A model generated the notes under the pieces. It did no database searches, was not told the DNA's origin, and saw nothing but the letters and a program-made list of their open reading frames with translations. Positions 25,478-35,300 of a DNA stretch of 52,658 nt are shown piece after piece. This DNA is from a virus. Its lineage: Duplodnaviria > Caudoviricetes. The stretch spans positions 1 through 52,658 of the IMG/VR virus record IMGVR_UViG_3300022866_000011; one strand, written 5' to 3'. Position numbers and translations under genes: made by a program. Numbering within the stretch: the stretch's first letter is position 1; each line of letters opens with the position of its first letter.

Positions 25478-26047
25478 ATGAACGATCCAAGAGATCCATT
25501 CTATGAGTTCAGTAAGGACGGGGCTGGCGACTTCACCCCGACGGAAACCCCGCGCACGTATGAAATCTACCCTGAACGCCCCCCTGAATCCACGATTGGC
25601 GGCGGCGGCGGCGGCGGCGGCGGATATACCGCGGTTTCCCCATTTGATTTTTATCTAAACAGCGACGACGAAGAACTGAAATTTCACCCCGGCACCATAA
25701 ATCAAGTGATTCCCTCTAACATATTTGCGACTCTCGCCCTCGCGGCGTCTGGAACCGAATACGTTGTTTTGAATGTCAATACATCAAGTGGGCGGATCAC
25801 GTCAGCAAACATCACCATTGATTCCAGCGCGCCCGGTTCGCCTGGCATCTTACAGGGAGGCCCACCAACGTCTTTCAAGGTGCTGCTTGGAATTATCGTG
25901 AATCTAGTGGGTTATAAAACTATTGGCGCCCATTCCATCACCGCGACTCCGGTAGAGGCATACCGGTCTGACCAAGCAACTCCCGTATTTGGGCACTCCC
26001 CTTATGATATTTATTATACCTGGGTGATTGGCCCCGAACTAGCATGA
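25478..26047 (+). CDS. hypothetical protein with poly-Gly linker
   Basis: ORF track; (GGC)8GGA; coupled to the next gene. Confidence 0.7.
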   Translation: MNDPRDPFYEFSKDGAGDFTPTETPRTYEIYPERPPESTIGGGGGGGGGYTAVSPFDFYLNSDDEELKFHPGTINQVIPSNIFATLALAASGTEYVVLNVNTSSGRITSANITIDSSAPGSPGILQGGPPTSFKVLLGIIVNLVGYKTIGAHSITATPVEAYRSDQATPVFGHSPYDIYYTWVIGPELA

Positions 26048-28101
26048 TAACGTGGCAAGAGCGCACCACGTATGCCTCACCAGCTATGTCGTTAACATGC
26101 GCTTATATATCAGGCGTAGGGAGCGTTTCGGCGACCGTATATAAAGAAGGATATACTAATAATCAAGATTACAACGTAAATTCTTCTTTTTCCGAAACGA
26201 TAAGCAAATCCGATACTCACGAATTCGGATATAGCCCTAGACGTATGACCTACCAGTCATGGTCTACTCGGATAAAGCGTTATCGAACTCAAGATGCTAA
26301 CGGTCGAACTTCCTACTCGTCTAGAAGCTTTTCATTAAGCCAATCGTCTGAGACGACATATACGACGTTAAGTGAAACGACCACAGGATGGCCTACTTCA
26401 ACGTCTTACTCGGCGGAAACGAGTGTAACATCCACAGCCTCGAACAGTGGTGAAAATTCAGGGATAACCACCGCTTCACACGTATTGACCGCGTCGATGC
26501 GATCATCAAAAGCCACAACTATTAAGACTTCCGTGGTCGTGACGTATCTAAATAGCAGCGCAACCGTTCCTATTACAACTTTGTCAAATTCAGGAGGTGT
26601 ATTATTTCCCGTCACCTCCTCCGCGTCCACTACCAGATCCTCAACTTCCACACAGAGCACCAGCGCGTCTACCCTTGGGACTGCGGTCACTACGGTAACC
26701 ATAAATCCCAATTTAGGGATTGTTTATGCCAGTATCGTCGATCCGTTCCGCGAAGTTTTGATCCTCGCTCGCCCGACTGCAACCGGCACGGTATTGCTAT
26801 CAGCGATCACGGAAACGACAACGGCGACCCGCGCAACAGGGAGCCCAAATACGTCATCAAACGCTTATGTGCTGGCGACCTATCCTTACACGTCAGACGC
26901 AGACGCAGGGACAGCGACCTATATATCGGTTAATTACGAAACAGTGACGGTCTCATTAGCGCTATCGCTTCGCGAAGCGACCATCACGAAAGGCTTATCG
27001 ACAAATCCGTCGCATACTATAACGACCACGGCGGAAAGCTGGATTACTACCACGGATACGCAGAGATCGACAGGAACTGCTGAAGCCACCATGGATAAAA
27101 CCATAAAGTGGTCGCGAGCTTTATGGATCCCATATATAATTCCCGTAGAAGTTTGGCCGCAGATTACCACAAGAACAACCTTTGCCACGTTCGGCTGGCC
27201 TCAAACCTTTACCTATTTCACTCACGATTCCAATATGGGAATCTCCAAGGTTACTTGTCATGGACGTGCGACTTCATACTCATACATCCAAGAGGAATAC
27301 GACGACGAAGACAACGTAATCTCTACATTCACCACCAGAGAGATCGGAACTTTTGAAAATGTCATGTCCGTCGGGAGCGTGACCGGAATAACCACAGCAG
27401 TAATCGAGATACTTGTTTCGCCCAACGGCTTTCCAGCCACAGGTTCTCTTTCATTTGGTGCGAGTCGAACCGATATATTTGGTGAACGCCTCACCGCCAG
27501 ATTAACCCTTAATGGGATAAATATGCCGATATGGCCACGGACCACTTTTCATAAAGGACTCGATGGTGCTTCCGTGATCTCCCAAGCAAACGGCTGGAAA
27601 CCTCCCTCCGCTATTGAAGCGACCGACCCTCTTTATATTTCAATTTCAACGGCTACTACGAACACGACCCAAACCACCCCCCCATTGACAGCGTTTACTG
27701 GTGAGGATGCCGCCGCCGCAGTCCCGGTCCCGCCAGCGTTAAGTAATATTGCTATTACCGCCACGGCAAACCAACTGGCGCGCCCGTTCAAAGACATCGA
27801 TGAATTGGATTTTACCGCAGGACTGGGCGGACAATACGCAGACTCCAATTATCACGTAATCGCAGCAAACCGTTCCGAAAGACTCTACCGTATAACAAGC
27901 CAAACGGGATCCACCACTGAGAGCACTACCTCCCTCCTCAAACCACAGCTAATTGCTTTCACAGGTAGCACTAGGAGTGCTCACGAAGCATGCGGCGGAT
28001 TTGTCGATGTTGGTCCGCAATCATTTTCATCAGATTACGGTCATTATTACCCAGACTCACGACTGATCTACCTTCATACGACTCTAAATAACGCACTATA
28101 A
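26044..28101 (+). CDS. Ser/Thr-rich (mucin-like) protein, 685 aa
   Basis: Long T/S runs throughout; visibly more AT-rich than the flanks. Confidence 0.7.
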   Translation: MITWQERTTYASPAMSLTCAYISGVGSVSATVYKEGYTNNQDYNVNSSFSETISKSDTHEFGYSPRRMTYQSWSTRIKRYRTQDANGRTSYSSRSFSLSQSSETTYTTLSETTTGWPTSTSYSAETSVTSTASNSGENSGITTASHVLTASMRSSKATTIKTSVVVTYLNSSATVPITTLSNSGGVLFPVTSSASTTRSSTSTQSTSASTLGTAVTTVTINPNLGIVYASIVDPFREVLILARPTATGTVLLSAITETTTATRATGSPNTSSNAYVLATYPYTSDADAGTATYISVNYETVTVSLALSLREATITKGLSTNPSHTITTTAESWITTTDTQRSTGTAEATMDKTIKWSRALWIPYIIPVEVWPQITTRTTFATFGWPQTFTYFTHDSNMGISKVTCHGRATSYSYIQEEYDDEDNVISTFTTREIGTFENVMSVGSVTGITTAVIEILVSPNGFPATGSLSFGASRTDIFGERLTARLTLNGINMPIWPRTTFHKGLDGASVISQANGWKPPSAIEATDPLYISISTATTNTTQTTPPLTAFTGEDAAAAVPVPPALSNIAITATANQLARPFKDIDELDFTAGLGGQYADSNYHVIAANRSERLYRITSQTGSTTESTTSLLKPQLIAFTGSTRSAHEACGGFVDVGPQSFSSDYGHYYPDSRLIYLHTTLNNAL

Positions 28102-29127
28102 ATGAATCTTGCCATCACGATCTGCGCGACGAGCGCATACACCTATGCTATGATCCCCCAGCTACGCCGAGTTGCAGCTAACGTAAGGCATCTTGAGGGG
28201 GGGCACGTTGTCCTAGTCGGCGACGAGTCGCCCGAACTCGCCGCCGTAGCCGAGGCATATCGAAGCATAATGCCCGAGGGATGGCGCATACACTTAATCG
28301 CGATCCCTGGACTTACCGACGACCACGAAAACTACAAGACCAACGCGCAAATGCTAATAGCTCGTCTGCGCACAGAAGCATTTACCGCGGCACGGAAGCT
28401 GGGAGCAACCCACTGCTGGTCCCTAGACTCCGACGTGTTACCCCCACCCAATGCACTCAAGTGCTCGTTGCAAATGCTGGAGTTTGACGATGGTCACTAC
28501 TCCGTGAGCACCTGCCCCTACAACAACGGCATGTATCTCGGTGGTCGGGGCACTCCGCAAAATCAAATCGCGGAAGACTTCGACGTCGATGAACGAAAAC
28601 TCCCCTGGTATGCGGAACGTGCCATTGCAGAGGCTCGACGCAGGATCGCGAATCAATTCAAAACATACGAAGAAGCCCAGAAAGAATCCAAACGAATGAT
28701 GCGGATCGAAAAGCGAATCAAAAACTACCCGACCAAGGGAAACGTCTGGACACTTAACGGAGAGCGATACCGTCGACGTGGCTGGCTTGAAAACGCCTAC
28801 CCCGGCATAGGACTCGGTGCCGTAGTTCCCTCCGACTGGTGTGGGTTTGGTTGCACGCTAATGAACACCAAGGCGCTAGACCTCGCCCACTTTGAAGGAT
28901 ACACCGGCGCCGGAACAGAAGACCTGTATATCGTATGGAATCGCTGGTTTCCCGCCAACTGCCGGATAAACGTAATCACCCATTGCCCGTGCGACCACGT
29001 CATATGGGAAAAGAAAAAGGGAGGCAGCGAAAAGGAATACGTGCTCAACCATGCCTACCATGAACTAGAAGGAGAATGCATCGGGCATTTGAGGACGCGA
29101 CACATCCCGTGGATCCCTGAAAACTAA
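28102..29127 (+). CDS. GT-A fold (GT2-like) glycosyltransferase
   Basis: LRTEAF...THCWSLDSDV (DxD), WCGFGCTL, GTED, CDH. Confidence 0.7.
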   Translation: MNLAITICATSAYTYAMIPQLRRVAANVRHLEGGHVVLVGDESPELAAVAEAYRSIMPEGWRIHLIAIPGLTDDHENYKTNAQMLIARLRTEAFTAARKLGATHCWSLDSDVLPPPNALKCSLQMLEFDDGHYSVSTCPYNNGMYLGGRGTPQNQIAEDFDVDERKLPWYAERAIAEARRRIANQFKTYEEAQKESKRMMRIEKRIKNYPTKGNVWTLNGERYRRRGWLENAYPGIGLGAVVPSDWCGFGCTLMNTKALDLAHFEGYTGAGTEDLYIVWNRWFPANCRINVITHCPCDHVIWEKKKGGSEKEYVLNHAYHELEGECIGHLRTRHIPWIPEN

Positions 29128-29387
29128 CCCATAGCCGGCCGCAACGCCAATGCCCGGTCAGTGCTTACAATCTTGCGCGTGTAGGTCCGGTATTCGGTCG
29201 CCATGCGCCGCGTAATTTCGCGTTGCTCAGGAGTCAGGGAATCGTCCTCCAGCACCGCCGTCTCCAGTTCCTTCTGCCGCTCGCGCAACCGATCCGAGAA
29301 GTAACCCGTAAACGCATCGCACTCCGTCAGCTTCGTGATTTCCCGCAACCGTCTGTCTTTCCGATCGTTCAGTTCATCAACGTCCAT
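29124..29387 (-). CDS. small head-module protein (type usually found between portal and scaffold)
   Basis: Helical 87-aa ORF, same strand as the head genes. Confidence 0.6.
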   Translation of the reverse strand: MDVDELNDRKDRRLREITKLTECDAFTGYFSDRLRERQKELETAVLEDDSLTPEQREITRRMATEYRTYTRKIVSTDRALALRPAMG

Positions 29388-29392
29388 TATTT

Positions 29393-29426
29393 GTTGACTC
29401 TTAGGACACCCCGATTTTAGGTCAAC
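29393..29426. promoter_or_regulatory. 34-bp element with outer GTTGA/TCAAC (copy 3, degenerate); probable divergent promoters
   Basis: GTTGA-CTCTTAG-GACAC-CCCGA-TTTTAGG-TCAAC; TTGAC on both strands. Confidence 0.45.
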
Positions 29427-29434
29427 TTATTTGA

Positions 29435-29509
29435 TGCAGGGTAGATCAGTGGTAGATCACTGGCCTCATAAACCAGAAGTCGTCGGTTCGATTCCGTCCC
29501 CTGCTTCCA
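29435..29509 (+). tRNA. tRNA-Met (CAT), initiator-like
   Basis: Cloverleaf with 1:72 mismatch, A11-U24, CT-CAT-AA loop, TTCGATT, encoded CCA. Confidence 0.8.
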
Positions 29510-29515
29510 ATTTAT

Positions 29516-29591
29516 GCACTCGTAGCTCAAATGGTAGAGCGACGTTTTTGTATATCGTAGGTTGCGGGTTCGATTCCTGCCGGGTGCTCCA
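29516..29591 (+). tRNA. tRNA-Thr (TGT)
   Basis: GCACTCG/CGGGTGC acceptor, GCTC/GAGC D stem, TT-TGT-AT loop, encoded CCA. Confidence 0.8.
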
Positions 29592-29596
29592 GTTTA

Positions 29597-29687
29597 GGAA
29601 GGTGAAGCAGTGGGGTAGGCCCGCGACTGGCTTTGAAACCCAGGTCTCGTTTAATCGGGTGGGGTTCGACTCCTCCTCCTTCCGCCA
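29597..29687 (+). tRNA. tRNA-Ser (TGA)-like, long variable arm, probable 8/4 fold
   Basis: GGAAGGTG/CTCCTTCC acceptor, GGGG/CCTC T stem, G discriminator, encoded CCA. Confidence 0.7.
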
Positions 29688-29718
29688 GTCTCCACTACAA
29701 TCCAGAACCCCACAGATT

Positions 29719-30153
29719 ATGAAAGATCGCAGCATAAAAGACCAAAAAACGCAGCCGGTTAACATCAACCCAGCGCCAGGAGACTCAATGGTGCCAGGCC
29801 ATGCCTACACCGCCCTCAAGCAATGCTACGCCCGAGTGATCGCATCGCTCAAAATCAAACCCGAGCGCAAGTCCCTCGCCCAACTCACCGACGAAGCCGA
29901 GCACATCAGCAAAGCGGCATTTACGCTGTGCGACAGCACTGCCTCCACAATGGCCTACGTCGACGGCGCCATCGATGCCCTCAACTACGGCAAACCCGAG
30001 GACATCAAGCGCGCCAAATCTATGCTCGAAAGAGCCCGCCGAGACCTCGTTCTAAGCATGGAATCAGCTAACCACCTGCCGAAGGCTGATAAGATGAGTC
30101 CAACTGAGACGGAGCCGCCGAAGGCTTCGGACGAGTCACCATCTCCCTCTTAG
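29719..30153 (+). CDS. hypothetical protein (144 aa) after the tRNA cluster
   Basis: ATG at 29719; 3' end overlaps the portal gene on the opposite strand by 86 nt. Confidence 0.55.
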   Translation: MKDRSIKDQKTQPVNINPAPGDSMVPGHAYTALKQCYARVIASLKIKPERKSLAQLTDEAEHISKAAFTLCDSTASTMAYVDGAIDALNYGKPEDIKRAKSMLERARRDLVLSMESANHLPKADKMSPTETEPPKASDESPSPS

Positions 30154-32275
30154 GCTGCGGCCCCTTCCCACTGTTGATCGCCTGCTCGGGCGGCAACGGT
30201 GGCAAAGGCACAATCAGCTCGTCCACATTGATCTTCTGGTCGAGCGCCTTGATCATACCGCGGTAGTATTCGGCCACGTGCACCTGGACCAACGGATCCA
30301 GCATGTAAAACCGTTCAATGATTTCAGCAACCTGCGACATCTGCTGAAATTTCTGCTCTCCCTTGTAGCGCGTCATGAACATGGTCACATTCATATTCAC
30401 ATCGCTCACGTCAGCCGGGTCGATCGTCGCAGTAATCTGCTCTCGCCCCTCAAAGTAGCTGAATACCTCTGGCTTGTTCAGGTTAGCCAGAAGCACTAGA
30501 ATCTCACTCTTGAGCACATCGGTAAGACCCGGCTCCAGGTCCGAAAGGAACGGCGCAAACAACTCCTCGCCGGCCTTCTCAATATTGCGGATCCCGGTAG
30601 CCAACTTCGCGGTATCCATGCCCAGAGCTGCCCCATCATTCGCATTCGTCACGCCCGACTCGTTCATCCCCATCTGCATGAAAAACTCGAGCATATCCTT
30701 GAGCGCCTCAAATTTTACGTCGTTCAGGTAAACAGACTGTAACACTTTGGTCACATCAACTCCCGGCACTGTCGTGTAGGACTGCCCCCAATTCAGGCAA
30801 AGGTTCGGATCGTCGCGCCCCTCTAGCACCTTCGAAGGATCCCAGAAATCAACTCGCCCTGCCTTCGATTGGCTCAGGTTCCACCGGTTCACCAGCAGAT
30901 CCACGATCGTCTGGGTAGAGTCAAACATCTCCATGACGCCCTGCCCATACCAACGGTCGTCCACCTCGTTAACTCGCACCACCGCCACCGGCCGCAAGCC
31001 ATCTGGTGACATATTCGCCACGTAATTATAATGCACAGGGAGCCGGTTCTTGCGATCAAGCAGCAGAACGATGTTCTCAAGTATGCCGTCCCCATTGGCA
31101 TCATACCAAAGCATCACCTCGGCCATCTCCACGATAGGCTGACCGCCGCCGGAATATTCAGCATCGTCCTCCTCCTCCTCCTCGTCCCGATTACGAGCAG
31201 ACCCACTCTTCGGCTCTGAGTTGTTATCGAGCATCGTCCGCATGGCGTCTACCGTGCGCTTCATCTGCTCGAAACGTTGGGTATCCGTGCCGCGGAATAC
31301 CCCATGCTTTGCGTAAGTATCGACCAGATCCATGACTCTGCGGTCATACAAATGCGCGATGCAGTCCGCCTGCTGGAGATCAAAAGCATCGAGGGGAGCC
31401 AAGAAATCCTTGTAGTAGATTGGGAGCGATTCTGGACCCTCAAATATCACATGCCGCTTAGTTATTTTCTGATCGGTGTAAACCGGCGCCTCCGGTTCTT
31501 GCGTCACCCCATCACTACCCAACACCCGGAGCCCCGGAGTTTCCGTGTCGATCCAGTCCGCACGCTCCAAGATCATCTCCCCGTTAGCATCCAGGATAGC
31601 CTCACCCTCCGCGCCCACTAGAGCCTTGACCATCGTCTCATAGATTTGATCACGCGTCTGATAAGTGGTTTTGACCACGCACTCACCGAGTAGCATGGCA
31701 CGCTTGACGATCCGCTCCTTGCCCCGTTTTGAACCTATCAGGTTCAGTTTCCACTTGGCATAACGATCGATCTGATCCGCCAACTCCCCATCCTCCATCC
31801 CCTCCGGCGTAGCATTAAACCAAGGATCGGTGGCAAAGAAATAGTTCTGAGCTCGAGCAATCATCTGACGGCAGATCCGGCGCGAGATCGGAACAACCAA
31901 GTTCGACTCCTCAAAGATATTCGGCGACGGCAATGAATACGGTCGCCAGTCCACCCGGTTCTCAAACAGTGCCTCAAAACGTGAACGTCGACCCATCCAG
32001 CTCTCGGCCGCGCCTTCTATTGAATTGGAGGAAACGCCCTCCCCCTTCCACCACTCGTCCTCAATGACGTCCGTGCGGCCCATCGCCTTTTCCATATCGT
32101 CGAGCCGGGTCATCGCATGATCCACCAGCGCAAGCTCCTGATCATAGGTGAGCTGAAGCACGGACGGGAAAGCAACGCGTGGCGTAAGTTGTCCAGTTGT
32201 GCTATCAACATGCGGGGGAGCCTCCACCCCGCTGATGCGATCCTGTAAAACTTCGAGTTGTCCGTGTTCTGCCAT
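30068..32275 (-). CDS. portal protein
   Basis: SNLVVPISRRI, FFATDPWFNATPEG, LGECVVK, WYGQGVME, ATGI patterns; size and position. Confidence 0.85.
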   Translation of the reverse strand: MAEHGQLEVLQDRISGVEAPPHVDSTTGQLTPRVAFPSVLQLTYDQELALVDHAMTRLDDMEKAMGRTDVIEDEWWKGEGVSSNSIEGAAESWMGRRSRFEALFENRVDWRPYSLPSPNIFEESNLVVPISRRICRQMIARAQNYFFATDPWFNATPEGMEDGELADQIDRYAKWKLNLIGSKRGKERIVKRAMLLGECVVKTTYQTRDQIYETMVKALVGAEGEAILDANGEMILERADWIDTETPGLRVLGSDGVTQEPEAPVYTDQKITKRHVIFEGPESLPIYYKDFLAPLDAFDLQQADCIAHLYDRRVMDLVDTYAKHGVFRGTDTQRFEQMKRTVDAMRTMLDNNSEPKSGSARNRDEEEEEDDAEYSGGGQPIVEMAEVMLWYDANGDGILENIVLLLDRKNRLPVHYNYVANMSPDGLRPVAVVRVNEVDDRWYGQGVMEMFDSTQTIVDLLVNRWNLSQSKAGRVDFWDPSKVLEGRDDPNLCLNWGQSYTTVPGVDVTKVLQSVYLNDVKFEALKDMLEFFMQMGMNESGVTNANDGAALGMDTAKLATGIRNIEKAGEELFAPFLSDLEPGLTDVLKSEILVLLANLNKPEVFSYFEGREQITATIDPADVSDVNMNVTMFMTRYKGEQKFQQMSQVAEIIERFYMLDPLVQVHVAEYYRGMIKALDQKINVDELIVPLPPLPPEQAINSGKGPQPKREMVTRPKPSAAPSQLDSSYQPSAGG

Positions 32276-32280
32276 GATTT

Positions 32281-32314
32281 GTTCTCTCCCGTTAAACGTT
32301 GATTTTCAATCAAT
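32281..32314. promoter_or_regulatory. tandem GTTGA-N7-TCAAC element, copy 4
   Basis: GTTCT-CTCCCGT-TAAAC-GTTGA-TTTTCAA-TCAAT, overlapping the portal RBS. Confidence 0.55.
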
Positions 32315-35300
32315 TTTGATCAGCAAAGCGATCCGCGCTAGTTCCAAAAAACATATCCCGGCGCACATTGGCTCGAGCTAAGGTAAATGCCCTACGAATT
32401 TTCTCCACATCCTGGGAGGTAGGACGGCTGACATTAAGCGAGACAGATTGCAGCAAACGAGCCGCCATCTTCCCTGAGCGTCGGCTATATTCCTCCAGCA
32501 CCTTGCCGGACAAAGTGCGACGCTCCCCATTCACCGTGATAGATTTCTGCAGGTTGGATGGTGCCCACGACTGCGGATCGTCCGCCGTTTGCCGATAATT
32601 CAGCAAAAGCTGATCCACTCGATTCAACTCGGGGATTTTGCCCACCTCGATCGGCACCAGCATGCGCCATAACGACCCTCCTCGACGTTCAACCTCCTCG
32701 CCATACGGGTCGATTTTTGGAGACCCGGCCGGCCCATAGACATTCTGGACCACCTCGGCAAATAGTCCATGCTCCCGCTCGCGATAGACACCATCAAGCT
32801 GTCGAACTGGTTGACGAAAAAGGTTTGGTATCAGCGTCGATAACTGGGACGCAACAAAGCTCGTAAACCGAGACTCTCCTGACATGGCGCCTGCAAGGTC
32901 CGACCAACCCCGCAGAAAAGTCTTGGAATCCACCGAGTCACCCAAAGCAGACATGAACGCCCCAAACGACTCAAACCCAGACTCACCTGACTTCAAACGA
33001 GAGAGCATATCCACCCCAAGCCCCAGCATCGTCGCTAAAGGCTCAATCCGCGAATAACTGACCTGTGCGCCACCAAATCGAATGGCGTAAGGTGCCAGAC
33101 CCACTCGTCGGTCGAGATTGCGCTGGGAAATCCGATCGCTCGGCAAAGACCCAGTGATCAAAAACTGCTTGTCCTCATCGTCGTCGTCTCCGGCTGCAGC
33201 CCCATAAAGTAAACCGGCCATCGACCAAGCAAGCACCTGCTCTACCGTGTGCTTGATCAGCAGAGGAGTCGGGTAGCTGACCGCCACTGGTCGCCCATCC
33301 TTGATGCGGTAAAGCCCAGCACTGCCTATCCTAGCAGCGAAAGCCACCGCGCCAACCGGCGACTGACGGATACCCTGCTGGAAGATGTTCCACGGCGTCC
33401 GAATAAACGGCATCACAAACCGCAAAGGCTTGATCCCACCCGGAACCTCCAACTCCCGCGCCTTCGACAGGTAGGTCATCCATTTACCCATCCGCGTCCC
33501 ATCATGATCATCCTGAAAGGTCAACTCGTTCGCAAGCAGCAGCGCCTTACGCCAAGACTCCGACCCCGGCGTATCAATCTCCGCCTCAATAAACGAAACC
33601 AATGCCGCCCCCTTCTTTTTTGATGACTTACCCAAGCGGTATGCTTCCGCAGCCACGTGCGTCCGAGCGATCGCCGCCTTAAAGAACGCATCCGTCGCCA
33701 TCAACAGCCGGCCAGGAAGACGCACAACCCGACCAGTCTTGCCCGGAATCGCCGCCTTGATCCCGCCTGCCTTATCGAAAACAGGGTTAATCTCAAGCTG
33801 ACTATTCAGAATCGAACTGGTGTAAATATTCTGCTCGGTTGCCCACGTATTCACCGCAGCAGCCCATGCCCCGGCTAACGACTTATTCATCCCCTTGAGC
33901 ATCCACTTAAACTCGCCGAGCTGTGGCGCCGTTGGATCCTTGACTGCCGCGTTAAGAATCGCCTCGCCCATGCGCTTCACCCCCATGTCCCAAACCGTGT
34001 TAAACGAGTTACCGACGACATTTGCACCCTGCGTCAAAGGACCGGACAAAATCGAATTGATCCAAAACTCAAACAGCATATCGAACGCGCCGCTGTCAGC
34101 TATCTGAATCGTTCTCGCGACCTGGGCCACCTGTGCCGGATCCGAAATATCGAACACCGGTGGAGCCATATCAGCATCCTCACCGAGCCCGAGCTGCGTG
34201 TTTCCAAAGTCGTCGGGACGTTGCCCATCAGCACCAGCAGGAAACTCGACGCTCCCCGGCTTTGCGTTGGCCGGAAACGGTGTCGCTTTGCGTTTAGGCT
34301 TTGCATTGCTTCTGCGCCGACGCTTTGCCTGCGCCTTTTCGGTCCGAATCACTGCCTCCTTGTTCTCGATCAGCCCCATCCGTGAGAGCATCAAATCGAT
34401 TCTCTTCTGGCGCTCCGCTGCCGATAGCCCCCCAGACGTGCCAGATTTCAGGTCAGCCCGAGCAGAACCCAGCGTCGCAGCATCGAGCTTGTCCGGATCC
34501 AAAGCAGCGTCGCCGAGCGTTTCCAATCTTGCACGAGTAGCCGCAATAATCTCAGAGCGAACCTTGACCACCGCAGATACATTCTGATCCGTGCGACGGG
34601 CGACATCGGAATCCGACCAACCCCGTCGAATCAGGCCGACAACCCGTTTCTTTTTCGCATCGTAGCCGGCCTTGTTCATCGCCGAATCAACCAACTTGTT
34701 TCCACGCAGCTTCAAATACGCCTCACCATTGAAAATGTGATCGAGCGTGATACCCATCTTACGGAACGCCGCCTCAACCTTAGCCATGCGACCATCAACC
34801 GCCTTCTTAGCGATCTCCTGCTGGCTGGAACGTTGCATCGCTTCACCCAACTTCAGCCGCATATTGGCCAAGGTCTTATCCTGCCCAGGAGTGCCCGGTG
34901 CACCAACCACGGTCCCGAGCTTCGCAGCCTCCAGATCCGCAATCTTGTTGCGCAGACGATCGACCTCTCGCGCTTTGGCGGACGCCGACCACGAGTCAGA
35001 AAGGTTTTTGCGAACCGATGCCTTCGGTAGAAACAGCGACGACGCGATGAACTCCGAAAACCGTTCCTCGGGAGTTTTGTGGGGATCACGACGAGCAGCC
35101 AATGCTCGCCCCTGTTCGGTTCCAGTCACCCGATACGCGAGCACCACCGCCTGCGCGTCCTTCATCTTCTGGGCATCGCCACTCGATACAGCGTCCTGAA
35201 CCAAGTCGTTGACGATCATCTGAGCCGCACGAGTCTGCACCGGATCATCGAACCCACGGCCATCGTTGGCGCGATCGATCAACTCCCTAACGTAGCCCAC

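Noticed and set aside
25598-25624. (GGC)8 repeat as a phase-variation switch
   Set aside because: In-frame triplet repeat encoding a Gly linker; slippage would not change the frame
29597-29687. tRNA-Sec or opal suppressor
   Set aside because: Anticodon reads TGA (decodes UCA, Ser), not TCA; gene tiling gives no sign of stop-codon reassignment
29431-29768. N-terminal part of ORF 29431..30153 and ORF 29466..29768
   Set aside because: They run through three tRNA genes; the plausible start is 29719
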